NCBI GenBank assembly: GCA_964016885.1
Contig: OZ024743.1
Span: 245,520,001 to 245,584,000 of the forward strand
Direction: 5' to 3'
DNA from: Eledone cirrhosa
Taxonomy: Eukaryota
Length of the DNA: 64,000 nt
The translations under genes were made by a program, and so were the position numbers. This document shows positions 1-13,523 of the stretch, one piece after another. Each line of letters opens with the position of its first letter. Position 1 is the first letter of the stretch. Below the pieces are notes generated by a model. The model did not search any database, was not told where the DNA came from, and saw only the letters and a list, made by a program, of their open reading frames with translations.

Positions 1-351
1 GATGGACGCTGTGTTTGATACTTGACAGTGGAAGAGGGGAAGGAAAGCTATGACTAATTAACATGTGTGCGTGTGTGTGCGCGTGCGTATGTGTGTGTGT
101 TCGTGCAGCGTTCCAGTAAGAGTTAAATCTATTAACATGTGTGTGTACGTGCACATGTGCGTGCGTGAGTTTGCGTGCGTTTGAGCGTTTGCGTGCGTGA
201 GTGTGTGTGTGTATATATATATACACACCACATATATATATGTAATATATATATATGTGAAGTAATTCCGTCGGAAAACTCCAGGAAAAAAGAGTGCTCT
301 ATGTAGGTAACAGAGCTTAATAGTTATGTAATAAACAACATAAGGCAATTA

Positions 352-410
352 TTCCATTTACCAGTGGTTTCTTAAAAGCAAAAAATTTTGCTTTCAATCA
401 TCAGAATGAA
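352..410 (-). ncRNA. Type I hammerhead ribozyme in PLE 3' repeat
   Basis: Minus strand reads ttcatt-CTGATGA-ttgaaagcaaaa/ttttgcttttaa-GAAAC-cactg-GTA-aatgga. Stems I, II and III all pair. Confidence 0.85.
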
Positions 411-776
411 AAAATCCTGGTCTGTTTATTGAATTTGGATTTTAGAAAACAAAAATGCAATCTATATGAAAGTGAGGCTGGAGAAGGAAGAAGGAAAGGA
501 AAAATAAAATAAAATAAAAACACAGATGCAAACACACACACAAATGCATACATACACACACACATATATATATATATATATACATACACTCATACATACA
601 CATACACATATACACATATATATGTGTATATATATATACACATACATATACACATACATACACACATAAATATCAACACATCCATACATACACATACATA
701 TATACAACTACACACACATATATACACACATATATATAGAAATATAAATATAAATATATATGTATGTGTATGTGTA

Positions 777-810
<34 letters not shown>

Positions 811-1195
811 TACACATACACATACATAGCCATACACACATACATATACATACATACACACAATCATACCTATATACACACGTACATACATACAGATGCA
901 TAAATGCATACATATGCATGTACAAAATTAGAAAAATATACACACACCTCTACATATTCACACACGCAAATAAATGTAAGAAAAAATATATATAAAAATA
1001 AAATAATAAAAACTATTATACAGTTGACAGCGATACAGGCAAAGAATAAATGAACAAACACGCGTGGTAAGCAATACACACAAATGCACGTACACATACA
1101 TACGTAAAAATAAATACATACACACACTCTCACACATAAATATACATATACAAATACATAAACACATACATACGCATACACAAATACATACACAA

Positions 1196-1238
<43 letters not shown>

Positions 1239-1360
1239 TACATATATATATATATATATATAAATACACATACACATATACACACATATATATATATACA
1301 CACACACACACACATACATAGCTATACAATTATACACATACAAATACGTACATATCACAA

Positions 1361-1438
<78 letters not shown>

Positions 1439-1534
1439 AAAACTCAATCTTAGATAATTCGTATGAACCTCATATAACTCCAAAATATACATATACATAT
1501 ATATAGTAATGTAATAAACAACATAAGGCAATTA

Positions 1535-1593
1535 TTCAATTCACCAGTGGTTTCTTAAAAGCAAAAAATGTTGCCCTCAATCATCAGAATGAA
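1535..1593 (-). ncRNA. Hammerhead copy, probably inactive (GUG triplet)
   Basis: 1504-1606 is a direct repeat of 321-423. The core is intact but the cleavage triplet is GTG. Confidence 0.7.
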
Positions 1594-1863
1594 AAAAACC
1601 TGGTCTATCTATCTATATATATATATATACACACATATATATATATACATATACACATACACATACATACACATACATTTTGGTATGTGATGGGTAAGGC
1701 AAAGAAAAATATATATGGGGGGGGGTAGGAGGGGGGGGGTAAATGACATAGGAAAAGGTGAAATATAAGGGGAGATAAGGGAGAAAAAGAATACAAGAGT
1801 ACAGAACGTGGATTCAGCAGGTAAAAAAAAAACCGTAGTAGAAGTAAAGAGCAGAGAAGGAGT

Positions 1864-2927
1864 TCAAGGCGGTTGAGTTATCATAGGAATGTCAATCCAG
1901 TTACAGATCAGATGTGGTTTCAGATGAGGACAACATCTGAAGATCTCTGTCTTTGAGTTTAGGCAAGCAGAAGTGGCTCTCAAGTTTAGCAAAATCCTAT
2001 ATTTTTCTGTGGTACACAAAGAACAATTCTTTGTGCCCCTTTGGTACTCCCTCGAATGGTCTAAGATAGACCTATCGATAGAGTACGGGATGTTACTATC
2101 CTTGAATTCCCACACCTTACTTGCGAGGGCCGTTGTTGTTCGTTTATCGGAGTGCTTAAAAGAAGCGACATGTGAGTAAAACCTGGTTTTAAACCTGTCC
2201 TGGGTCATGCCGACATATCGCTCACTCCTGGCTGGCTGGTTGTTGATTAACGGTGTTATTTTAGCCTCATAAACAACAGATTTGGTGTTACATTTACCCT
2301 GCAATGAGCATTCATCCGGCTTCCTGCAACTGCATCCTGGATTTGTTCTCGTATGATTTGAACTAGTGATCTTGGACTTCATAGATGGGCAACAAGAGTA
2401 ACTGATCTTAACTACGTTCCTATTAAATATCTTATAATATCTATGATTAGGAGGAAAATGTTTGTCTAAGAGTTCAAGGAATTTCCTTCCTACATTAGTT
2501 TTGACAGTTAGAGAGAAGGGGTGTGTGAACCAAATAATTTTCCTTTTCCTGTTATTGTGGTTAGTTTTAGGGGGGGGGGGGGGGAGTAGGTAAATAACAA
2601 TTTTTTTCTGTAAAACCGCTGTTCTTAAGGGCTTTATTATAATAAGGGGCGGCTTTATTAAAAATGTCTATAGACGAAGATAAGGTAGAAACCCTACGGC
2701 TAATGTTGGGAATAAGATTATTAAAAACTATAGGGGGATGGCAAGACTCTTTGTGTATATACCTAAGATTTTCATTTGGTTTATGATAAGGTTTAAAAGA
2801 GACGGTAAGTAGATCAAGATTAATATCAAGAAAGTTAGTATTGGTAAGGTTCGTATCTATAGTGATTTTAAGGTTAAGATTAGCAAAAGTATTGATTAAA
2901 TCTTTACGGAATTTATCAGAACTGTAC
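1864..2927 (-). mobile_element. Naiad-type Penelope-like element, 5'-truncated and frameshifted (RT thumb, Zn-finger linker, GIY-YIG)
   Basis: ORFs 2567-2956 (NFLDINLDL..FKPYHKPN..HPP) and 1864-2382 (CSCRKPDECSLQGKC, VVYEAK..YVGMT..RF..H, CSLC..EK, CPH). Confidence 0.9.
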
Positions 2928-2928
2928 C

Positions 2929-3945
2929 ATGGCTCATAAAGGAGCTTTGGAGGCACTGGACCGGACTTTAAGAGACATAAGAGACTCCCAGGATTCCATG
3001 AGAGGCGTGACTGTCTTTTTATCCGGAGATTTTAGACAAACCCTCCCTGTTATTCCCAAAGGAACAAGGGCTGATGCTATTCGAGCATGCTTAAAGTTAT
3101 CTCCGCTTTGGCGTTATGTCACAACATTAACGTTCTCTACGAACATGAGAGCTCGGATGCTTAGTGACCAAGTGTCATTAGATTTTGCTACCAACCTATT
3201 GACATTTGGGAACGGCAAAGTGCCACTTGATGAAGATGAAAATACCTCCCACGAACCGGTCTGCACTTTAGTCGATAGTGCTGACAACTTGACAGATGCA
3301 GTATTCCCTGAGTTGAGCACTAACTACCAAAATCCAAACTGGCTGTGCGAAAGAGCAATACTGGCTCTGAAAAATGAGACTGTCGACAAAATCAACGGAC
3401 AACTGCTTAAGTCTCTTCCTACAGCTTCGTGTACATACAAGTCCATCGATACAGTCACAGACCCCATTAACTACCCAATTGAGTTTCTTAACTCATTGAA
3501 CCCCTCCGGGTTGCCATCTCATCGATTGGAACTTAAGCAAGGATGCCCAATTATGCTTTTGAGGAATCTACACCCACCAAAACTCTGCAACGGTACCCGC
3601 CTTACAGTAAATAAACTAACGCAAAACTTGATCGAGGCGATGATTCTCTCGGGGTGTGGAAAGGGGAAAAATGTTTTTATCCCAAGGATTACCCTTTGTC
3701 CATCAACATCAGAGATCCCCTTTTCATTTAGGAGGCTCCAGTTTCCAGTTCGTTGTAGTTTCGCTATGACGATAAATAAGTCTCAGGAGCAAACATTGTC
3801 CGTCGCGGGAATAAACCTAGAAGAGCCATGCTTTTCGCACGGTCAGCTATACGTTGGATGTTCCAGAGTGGGAAGCAAAAGAAACCTTTATGCATTTGCT
3901 GCAAACGGTAAAACCACAAACATTGTGTACCAAGAAGTTCTGTAA
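2929..3945 (+). mobile_element. Helitron PIF1-like helicase, C-terminal fragment
   Basis: Motifs GDFRQTLPV, LLRNL..PKLCNGTRL, RLQFPV..FAMTINKSQ.QT and FSHGQLYV.CSRV. Confidence 0.93.
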
Positions 3946-3974
3946 TCAACACTGCGACACAAACCGTCTTCTAA

Positions 3975-4600
3975 CAATCAAATACCTCGCTGCTTTCAAT
4001 AATTACCAAATTGTAGACATACTGCCTTTTTGAAATTCATAACACAATACATTTTCGACTGTAAACGTTGTGACCACTTTGAGCTGCACGGTATTGAAAT
4101 GCACGTTCCCCTCTGGTTGGTTGAGCCAGTTTTCCATGGATTCGCCAGCGCGTGCAGCAGACGTTGATTCACATGTCTTTGCTGCCGCAGTTGACGCCGT
4201 GTTTCGTTGATACAGTTCAAACAGCAGACGTTGACTCACTCACAGTTCTTTGCTGCCGCAGTTGACGCTGCGTTTCGGTTGATGCAGCTCGAGCTGCGGA
4301 AGTTGCCTCAGCATTTCTATGCCGCCGTAATGAATGCTGTGGTTCGTTCTCTGCATCTCCTGCAATAGACGTTGCCTTAATATTTGCTTTCTGTCGCAGG
4401 AGGGTTGAGAATCGTTTTCTGCACCTCAAGCAGCAGCAGTAGCCTCAGCATTTATTTGCTGTCGCATCGAACGTTGTGTTTCGTTTTCTGCATCTCGTGC
4501 AATAGAAGTTGCTTCAGCATTTTTCTTTTGGCGTAATAATCGCTATTCGTTATTCTCTGTTACTTTTGCAATCGAGGTTGGTGCAGATTTTGAGCGTCCT
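3975..4600 (-). mobile_element. Degenerate Helitron Rep N-terminal-like fragment, opposite in orientation to the adjacent helicase
   Basis: Repetitive AR(A)xETxxQRQxR peptides lead into GSMSTI(W)*LLKAARY, which resembles the GxMxxxCxxCxAxRF Zn motif. Confidence 0.5.
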
Positions 4601-5198
4601 TCATGTTTGGTCTATGTCACTGCAATCAGTCTAAGGAAAGAAACGTCACAGTTTCTATTGGCTGCCACAACCATACAGAATGGTAAGCATTTCAAACTAC
4701 ATAAATCATTAGAATGCCTACATATACGCAATGCATAACGAAAAATTTACATGTTTCTACTGTAGCAAACGTATGCCCCCCCCCCCCCCCCCCCTCATTT
4801 GTACCTTTCACTCAAAGTCGTTATACATTATCTCCGTCATCCCGCAACAACTTTAGTCCCTGAATTGCCAAACATCCTACATTATTGTCATAAATTCCAT
4901 GTGACTCACTTTTGGGCTGCTGACTTCTTTGTGGTATAGTTCGCGTTTGGAGCTTCACCGCGTCAACGTCACACTTTTACACTCATTCACCTTTCATATG
5001 CCATAATATTTTACCGTTTTTACATCGAACAACACATACTTCTTATGGTTAAAATAAATGTTTTTTTTTTGGGGGGGGGGGGTCGTGCTACGTTGTTTTC
5101 TCTTTAAAAAAATTATTTACTAATGGTATGGCTGCTAGTAAATATATATCTATATATATCTAATATTTGTAGTACTTTCACCTTTCAGCAAACATTTC

Positions 5199-5300
<102 letters not shown>

Positions 5301-6242
5301 GATGTTTATATATATTTATGTATATCTATATAATTTTTTTTTTTTTATTTAAAAAATTTTTTAATTATTTTTTCAATGACACCCTCTAAAGCTATTTTTT
5401 AAACGTAGATTAATAACTATTAAGTGACTTTAGGAAAATGTATCCTATTCAAGACGATGTTTAAACATTCATATTTCTTTCGACTAAATAATTAATTAAT
5501 CTCACGCTAATTCTTAAAAATTTATCGATTAACAAATAAAATTGGAGTTATCTTTCTTTTCTCAATCATATAAACTCATTATACCTATCTCCGTTAATTT
5601 AAAACATTCTCAATGCCGAACAAGCTATCCAAATATATAAATTCATAATTTTAACTACCTATTTATTTACATAAAATATAAAATCAACATCCCACGTAAC
5701 TCATATTAAAAACAACCTAAAACTTGAACTACCTATTTATTTATTTATTTATTTATTTATCTACATAAAACACAAAATAAACTGCCCTTGTAACTCATAT
5801 TATAAACAACTAATAATCGCAAATTATCTTTGTAATAAAAATACATAAGCTATTATTAAAATATATATAGATATTTATATATTTAACCCACTACAATACT
5901 ATAAGATACATACTTACACACATAATTCTCCATATATACATAAAATTTATTTCCCCCAAATTAACGTATATAAGTGGTCTTCTTCTCTTTTTCCCTTTTC
6001 CTTCTTCTTCCATTTCCTTTTTCCTTTTTCTTTTTTCTTTCTCTCTTACTAATATATCAAAACTTTCCATAGCGTTTAAAATAACGGTTTTTCAATCATA
6101 TAACTCAACCTTATTTACATATTCATTTGCATAATCACCCGTAAGTTTGAAAAATCCGTTCAATAATCCCACTACCCAAGGAATATTCAACTGATAAGGA
6201 ATGTTTTCCTTGGCTATGTCAAAATTTATAAAACACTCTTTG

Positions 6243-6304
6243 TATTTTATCTGATGAAAGCGTACCAAAGTTTTTGGTACCCTTGAAATATATGTAATAG
6301 TATA
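6243..6304 (+). ncRNA. Minimal type I hammerhead (AT-rich PLE 3'-end family)
   Basis: tattttat-CTGATGA-aag.gtacca/tggtac.ctt-GAAA-tatatg-TA-atagtata. Confidence 0.75.
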
Positions 6305-6435
6305 AATATGGTTTTATAAATGTAGTTTCCATTTATTTAATATCATTGAATATTTACTCCAGAAAATTGTCGAATGCTCTAAATCAGTTATAAACATTTA
6401 TATTTGTTGAATTTCCAACAAATTAAATATCCCTT

Positions 6436-6580
<145 letters not shown>

Positions 6581-6759
6581 TATATATATATTAAAAATTA
6601 GAATTGGAGCTCTGAAATAGCAATATATATATGAATGTATATATAATGTATTTTGCAATACACTTTATGCTTAATTAAAAGCATTTTGAAGACCGTATGC
6701 TATTGTTTTAGAGTAGTGACAAACTCACTTACTTTAATCTCAGCAAACAAGGGGAGATA

Positions 6760-6804
6760 AGCCGACAAGGCCTTGTTTCGCATTTATTGATGCTTATCAA
6801 GGCT
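6760..6804 (-). ncRNA. Hammerhead, U3-A8 core variant
   Basis: agcc-TTGATAA-gcat/atgc-GAAAC-aaggcctt-GTC-ggct. Confidence 0.8.
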
Positions 6805-7078
6805 AACTACTCCCTCCTGTCCACTGAGATCACTGATGTTATATTCTTATAGAATTCTAGTAAATAATCAGGAACTGATTATACAGAGCGGTTGCCGGTC
6901 AGGCAGAAATTAAAAATTAGAATTGGAGCTCTGAAATAGCAATATATATATGAATGTATATATAATGTATTTTGCAATACACTTTATGCTTAATTAAAAG
7001 CATTTTGAAGACCGTATGCTATTGTTTTAGAGTAGTGACAAACTCACTTACTTTAATCTCAGCAAACAAGGGGAGATA

Positions 7079-7123
7079 AGCCGACAAGGCCTTGTTTCGC
7101 ATTTATTGATGCTTATCAAGGCT
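7079..7123 (-). ncRNA. Hammerhead, U3-A8 core variant
   Basis: Identical to 6760-6804. Confidence 0.8.
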
Positions 7124-7189
7124 AACTACTCCCTCCTGTCTACTGAGATCACTGTCTACAGGGATCTCAGTAGACAGGAGGGAGTAGTT

Positions 7190-7234
7190 AGCCTTGATAA
7201 GCATCAATAAACGCGAAACAAGGCCTTGTCGGCT
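7190..7234 (+). ncRNA. Hammerhead, U3-A8 core variant
   Basis: agcc TTGATAA gcatcaataaacgc GAAAC aaggcctt GTC ggct, with one stem II mismatch. Confidence 0.75.
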
Positions 7235-7508
7235 TATCTCCCCTTGTTTGCTGAGATTAAAGTAAGTGAGTTTGTCACTACTCTAAAACAATAGCATACG
7301 GTCTTCAAAATGCTTTTAATTAAGCATAAAGTATATTGCAAAATACATTATATATACATTCATATATATATTGCTATTTCAGAGCTCCAATTCTAATTTT
7401 TAATTTCTGCCTGACCGGCAACGGCTCTGTATAATCAGTTCCTGATTATTTACTAGAATTCTATAAGAATATAACATCAGTGATCTCAGTAGACAGGAGG
7501 GAGTAGTT

Positions 7509-7553
7509 AGCCTTGATAAGCATCAATAAATGCGAAACAAGGCCTTGTCGGCT
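7509..7553 (+). ncRNA. Hammerhead, U3-A8 core variant
   Basis: agcc TTGATAA gcatcaataaatgc GAAAC aaggcctt GTC ggct. Confidence 0.8.
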
Positions 7554-7693
7554 TATCTCCCCTTGTTTGGTGAGATTAAAGTAAGTGAGTTTGTCACTAC
7601 TCTAAAACAATAGCATACGGTCTTCAAAATGTTTTTAATTAAGCATAAAGTGTATTGCAAAATACATTATATATACATTCATTTATATATATA

Positions 7694-7779
<86 letters not shown>

Positions 7780-7785
<6 letters not shown>

Positions 7786-8003
7786 TGTATATATTTTGCA
7801 ATACACTATATGCTTAATTAAAAGCATTTCGAAGACCTTACGCTATTGTTTTAGAGTAGTGACAGTCTCACTTACTTCAATTTTCAGCAAACAGAGGAGA
7901 TAAAGCTGACAGAGCACTGTTTCGCACTTTTTGGTGCTTATCAAATCTAACTATTCCGCATGTTTGCCGAAAATTATGAATGTTTGATTCTTATAGAATT
8001 CCA

Positions 8004-8005
<2 letters not shown>
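7780..8005 (-). mobile_element. Diverged partial copy of the 319-bp unit, with HHR at 7904-7948
   Basis: Minus strand reads TTGATAA gcac/gtgc GAAAC ag..ct GTC. Stem changes are compensatory relative to 6760-6804. Confidence 0.75.
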
Positions 8006-8060
<55 letters not shown>

Positions 8061-8061
<1 letters not shown>

Positions 8062-8447
8062 CCCCCCGGTGTGTGCATAGCTACGGCTTTCTAAAACCGT
8101 ATTTCTTTGGAGATACGAAATATTTATACTTATTGTATAAAGCTATGCTTGAAGCTAAATCCTATTTCTTTTTTATTATAAGTTTAGCCAACTTACGCAG
8201 CTTCATATGCAAATGAGAATAAACACCTCATTTACACAGACGAGAAAAGTATATATTCTCGCCTGTCTTCTAGTCCAGCAGTCGCAAGCGGTGGGAGGGA
8301 CCGTCCTGACGAAGGCCAGTTAAGCTTGAAATGCATAGACGGTTGTGCCCCTTGCTTCTGCTGGACATCACCAGAGAGCGTTAGCCCCCCCCCCCCCGGT
8401 GTTTGCATAGCTACGGCTTCCTAAAACCGTATTTCTTTGGAGATATG
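8061..8447 (+). mobile_element. Retrozyme-like ~330-bp monomer with ~55-bp terminal direct repeat, in (TA)n
   Basis: ccccccggtgt.tgcatagctacggctt..ggagata occurs at 8062 and ~8392. A single HHR lies inside. Confidence 0.8.
8299..8344 (+). ncRNA. Minimal type I hammerhead with palindromic stem III
   Basis: accgtc-CTGACGA-aggc/gctt-GAAA-tgca-TA-gacggt. Confidence 0.85.
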
Positions 8448-8510
8448 TATATATTTATACATAATATATAGATTTATATATATATATATATATATATAAC
8501 TGCTAGTAAT

Positions 8511-11365
8511 GGACCACTGCTTTCTCTCCCACCACTCTCACAGCCTCCACCACAGTTATCATTATCATCATCGTCACCACCACTGCTTTCTTCCCCCACA
8601 TCACCACCGTCATGCTGTAGTCTAAAGAACTTTTAAAAGAAAAACCATGGAGCTGTATGCACCCCCACTACACAAACCCCAAAGTTTGCCACTACTCACG
8701 TAGCGACTGCATATTTACCTATTTACCTGGCACTAGACGCACTAACATTGCCAGCCAACGCCAACGCACGTTGCCTACACGCATATATCAGAGTCCCAAA
8801 ATCTGCCGACATTCCTAACGTGAGAGACTATGTCTGCTGACTGACTGTCCCTTCACTCATCCTCCTGAGACACAACGTACGAACAGAAAAGGGGCTCCAT
8901 GCCAACACACAAACCACAATAAAGCCACCCCCTGCCTCAGTAATGCTGCTCCAGTCTTCTCACAAAGACACGATTACAACAACAAAAACAACAACAACAA
9001 AAGTAAGGCTGCTCCAGTCTTTTCACAAAGACACGATTACAACAACAACAAATACAACAACAAAAGTAATGCTGTTCCAGTCTTTTCACAAAGACACGAT
9101 TACAACAACAACAAATACAACAACAAAAGTAATGCTGTTCCAGTCTTTTCACAAAGACACGATTAAAACAACAACAACAAATATAACAACAACAAAAGTA
9201 ATGCTGCTCCAGTCCTTTCACAAAGACACAATTACAACAACAACAAAAGAGGGAACTGCAACCCTATCCAATGGTGTAACCACAACTCCAATCAAAAACT
9301 GCTCCCTGAACAAGAAAATATTTCTTTTTTATCCATGAACCTGGCAAAGGAGATACCGAAAAACATTTTAGCCATCACCATGCTTGCTGTCACTAACATA
9401 CAATCTCAAAACAGGCCCCCTGCAACAATCAAAACCAGCCACCACACTAGCCTCCACATTTTTACTCAATACACATCCATCAATGCACAGAAATGGAAAA
9501 TCCAATTCATTGAGGATTGGGTTGGTAACCATCCATTTCACATCCCCTTCTTCATTCTTACTGAGAACCACCTTGACAACTCCCACTTGGAGGCCGAAGT
9601 AAGAGTGAGGAATTTCACAACGATCCGCGCGGATCGTGTTGGCAGAAGGAAGGGCGGAACTGCCATTTTCCTGCATGATTCCTTTACAGCAGATGGTAAC
9701 ACAACATTCTCCAATGGCTACTGTGAATCAGTCACTGTGCACAACAAAGCCAATGACCTGATATTAGTTGGGCTCTATAGGCCACCACAAACACCCATAA
9801 TATGCTTCAAAGAATGCCTCAACAGCATTAAATGCTTTATTAAAAAGTGCCATTCTAGCAACATACCTTTGATGGGAGACTTTAATCTACCCTGTGTCGA
9901 TTGGTCTACAAGCAATTTGAAACCAGGCACCCCAACCTCAACCACTGACGAAGAAGCAGTCAAGTCACTTCTTGACTTCATGAATGAGTTTTTCTTGTCC
10001 CAACTTGTCCCAACTTGTCCCAACATTCTGGATCTAGTGTTTAGTAACCACACTAACACTATACATAATATTACAGTGGAAAAAACCCTTCTTCCTCTCT
10101 CAGACCATGACATGGCTTGGTTCTTTGTAACCTGAGATTCCACCAGCCGAAAGCTAATCCCAGGGACCTCTTTCCAGCCCACACATTTGATAATATGGAT
10201 CCCTACAATACCAACTGGGATGCAATTATGAACGAACTATCACATGTTGACCGGTCCTTTACACACGCACACATTTCCACCAACATCAAAACATCTTGGC
10301 AGATCTTTGTAGACACTGTCCCAAATATATGTACAAAACACACTCCACCAAAACCTGTCAACAAAACTAAGTGCAGTATCCCCAAAAACAGAAAAACAAT
10401 TATCAGAAAAATAAAACGAACAAACAAAAAAATTAACACTAAAATACTACCAACAGCAACACACACATTCGACGGCTATCACTCTGCTTGAATAAAAAAA
10501 AATAATCTCCAACAATGCATGAAGACCATCATCAATAACCAGAGAACAGCTGAAGAGAGGTGGGCCATTGAGAAAAGTGTTCTTTTCATTTGCTAAAAAA
10601 CTCAAGGTCACTGTCTCCACTGTTAGCCCTCTAGTTGATTAAAATGGCACACTCCAAGATAATTCCAAAACCATGGGCGAGATACTGCAGAAACAATACT
10701 GCTCTGTTTTCAGCAATCCTGATATGGCCGATCTGGGCTGTATCAGTGATGTTAATCCCCAACACACTATATCGGACATAACGTTTGGCGCCCCTGATGT
10801 CTTAGCGGCAATAAACGAAATTAAACACGATTCAGCAGTAGGCCCCGACAGGTTCCCTGCTTGTGTCCTGAATGTGTGTCGTCACCAACTTGCATCTCCT
10901 CTTGCTAATCTGTGGAGGAACTCACTGGACACTGGCTATATTCCTGAAAACTTTCTGTCCCAGTCCGTTGTCCCAGTCTTCAAAAAGGGAAATAAGTCCC
11001 GTCCGATCTCACTCACCTCTCATATTATCAATGTATTTGAGAGGGTGGTGAGATCACGAATAACCCATTTTCATGAAAGCAACGGCCTGCTGAACTCCAA
11101 CCAGCATAGGTTCCGCAATGGAAGGGACTGCCTAACGCAGCTCCTGCATCACTTTGACGATGTTTTGAGAGCCTTGAGAGAGGGATCCAACACTGATGTC
11201 ATCTACCTTGATTTCAGCAAGGCCTTTGACAGGGTTGATCATAAGATTCTACTGAAAAAAACTATCCAATATTGGTGTCTCTGGAAGGTTACTACAGTGG
11301 ATCAAATGTTTCCTGACAGACAGAACCCAACATGTTGTAGTCGAAGGAGTAAAATCAAGCCCTGC
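8511..11365 (+). mobile_element. Degenerate CR1/L2/Jockey-group LINE (APE endonuclease plus N-terminal part of RT), 3'-truncated
   Basis: APE motifs LTENHL, RADR..RKGGG/TAI, YRPP, MGDFNLP.DW, LDLV and SDH (9335-10135). RT motifs GPD, VVPVFKKG..RPISLTS, QH.FR and DVIYLDFSKAFDRVDH (10673-11280). Confidence 0.88.
8939..9248 (+). repeat. 63-bp minisatellite (5 copies) inside the LINE
   Basis: agtaatgctg.tccagtc.ttcacaaagacacgattacaacaacaa.. starts at 8939, 9002, 9065, 9128 and 9197. Confidence 0.95.
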
Positions 11366-11626
11366 CATTTTCTTCTTATTATTATTATTTTTTAATGTAC
11401 CGTACATTGTATCTTGTCACCTTTTACATCTGTAACTTCTCTATCTATTTACCATACATGTTTTATTATTGATGTTATTGTTTTAATTATACGCTGTTCT
11501 ATTGTTTTTTTGCTCAGAACACTCAATAGGACCATAAGTATTACATGTGTAAAGTTAGAAAACAATCGGTTCGGTGGTTCTCGAGTTTTAGTGATTGTAC
11601 AGAGAGACAGACATTCTCTGTTTTAG

Positions 11627-11774
<148 letters not shown>

Positions 11775-11803
11775 TTTAGAAGTGATAAGGTTACTAATTT
11801 CTT

Positions 11804-11886
11804 CACCCGCTGATGAGGTTAGGACTTTGGTAATTCCTTTTCACAAATAATATTGCGAAACAGTTTTTATCAAAACTGTCCCGGTG
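11804..11886 (+). ncRNA. Type I hammerhead in a ~390-bp non-coding insert between (TA)n tracts
   Basis: cacccg-CTGATGA...GAAAC-agtttt/aaaact-GTC-ccggtg. Stem III is perfect and stem II is weak. Confidence 0.7.
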
Positions 11887-12189
11887 TTCGGTTGTTACCA
11901 CAATTATGGTTTGTATTAATTTCTCTTGATTTATTCTTAAATTGAGTCTCGCAAACCATATTGTCTGTAGTTAGTATTTTTTTCACCTTAGCGATTCTGG
12001 TCTATTACGATTTGAACACATATATGTAAATGTCTGTGTTCGTTTTTCTTTTTTGTTCAGTTATAATATACGGCTCGTAAAAGCTTTTCTCTTAGGGGTA
12101 ATTTACTGTAATGAGACTATTTTGAGTTTCTAACTCAATATATGCCTTGATATATATATATTAATTTATTAATTTATTAATTTATCGTG

Positions 12190-12363
<174 letters not shown>

Positions 12364-12365
12364 TT

Positions 12366-12450
<85 letters not shown>

Positions 12451-12452
<2 letters not shown>

Positions 12453-13040
12453 AACGGAAAAAATGAAACGAAATTTCATTTCCCACTCTTAGTACGGCTG
12501 TTACTTAAATATAAGTATGTACACGTACATACATATATGTATACAGACGTACAGTAGTATGTATATATATATACATACATGCACACATATATATATGTAC
12601 GTATGGATTCACCGAACATTTATTATAATGCTCGGTGTATTTGTAAACAAACATCCCGTATTAAGCCGTAGTGTCCAGCAACCATCGTTGCTCGTTTGTT
12701 CGACACTGACAAAGGAACGCTGTACTAGTTTCAAGCTTATTAGCTATCGTCAGCAACGTATACCTTCCTGCCAGATTGTTGAACGTATATACTTACCTTA
12801 TGCATATTAACAGCTGAGAAGCCCAATTTGCATATCGAGTGGGTTAATCGGCCGGGTGCACCGAAAACGATAAACGGAAAAAATGAAACGAAATTTCATT
12901 TTCCACTCTTAGTACGGCTGTTACTTAAATATAAGTATGTACACGTACATACATATATGTATACAGACGTACAGTAGTATGTATATATATATATATATAC
13001 ATACATGAACACATACATATATATGTACGTATGGATTCAC
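12451..13040 (-). repeat. ~420-bp hammerhead-containing tandem repeat, left block
   Basis: taaacggaaaaaatgaaacgaaatttc occurs at 12451 and 12871. The array continues after the Gypsy insertion. Confidence 0.9.
12717..12759 (-). ncRNA. Minimal type I hammerhead
   Basis: acgttg-CTGACGA-tagct/agctt-GAAAC-ta-GTA-cagcgt. Confidence 0.85.
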
Positions 13041-13509
13041 CTGTAGTAAGACGCCTTACGCCTCCTGTCGGATAATTGACCAGGCCTAGTTGTCTCCCCC
13101 TGGTTGAGAACACCTTTGAAGTAAGCAGCAGACAGCCACGGGAAAGCAGACAGCAAACAGCAGACGGCCTCTGTACCACGAAACAATAGACAGCCACGGG
13201 AACAGCAAATAGCACACAGCCTTTGTAATTGTAATACGTTGCCTTCACTACAACTGACCACGTCTATATTTGGTATGTTTCATTTGTAATATAATAAACA
13301 CATGATAGACAAAATAAACATCACCATTATTTACTTTGTTGAATATAACTCTCGTTGTGGTTATTGTCTTGTCTACGCACACACCCACTTACTTGTTATA
13401 ATTCTATGGAGTACCTATCCTATCACTTACAAAAATGGTAAATAGACGAGGGACTTTCCCTCACGTCTATATTGATAGACAATCCAACTAGGATACCTCA
13501 TTTACCACA
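13041..13509 (+). repeat. 5' LTR (TG...CA)
   Basis: tgtagtaagacg...tttaccaca, immediately followed by the PBS. Confidence 0.92.
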
Positions 13510-13510
13510 C

Positions 13511-13523
13511 TGGTGACCCCGAC
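13511..13523 (+). promoter_or_regulatory. Primer-binding site complementary to the tRNA-Trp 3' end
   Basis: TGGTGACCCCGAC is the reverse complement of ...GTCGGGGTCACCA. Confidence 0.88.

Larger units (their letters stand above)
6590..7690. mobile_element. Retrozyme-like 319-bp unit, tandem and folded back (inverted arms about 6590-7150 and 7163-7690), set in (TA)n
   Basis: Period is 319 (6760 vs 7079; 7190 vs 7509). The arms are reverse complements, with one HHR per unit. Confidence 0.85.

Noticed and set aside
8939-9248. CRISPR-like array
   Set aside because: The units are contiguous near-identical repeats with no unique spacers, in a eukaryotic context with no cas genes.
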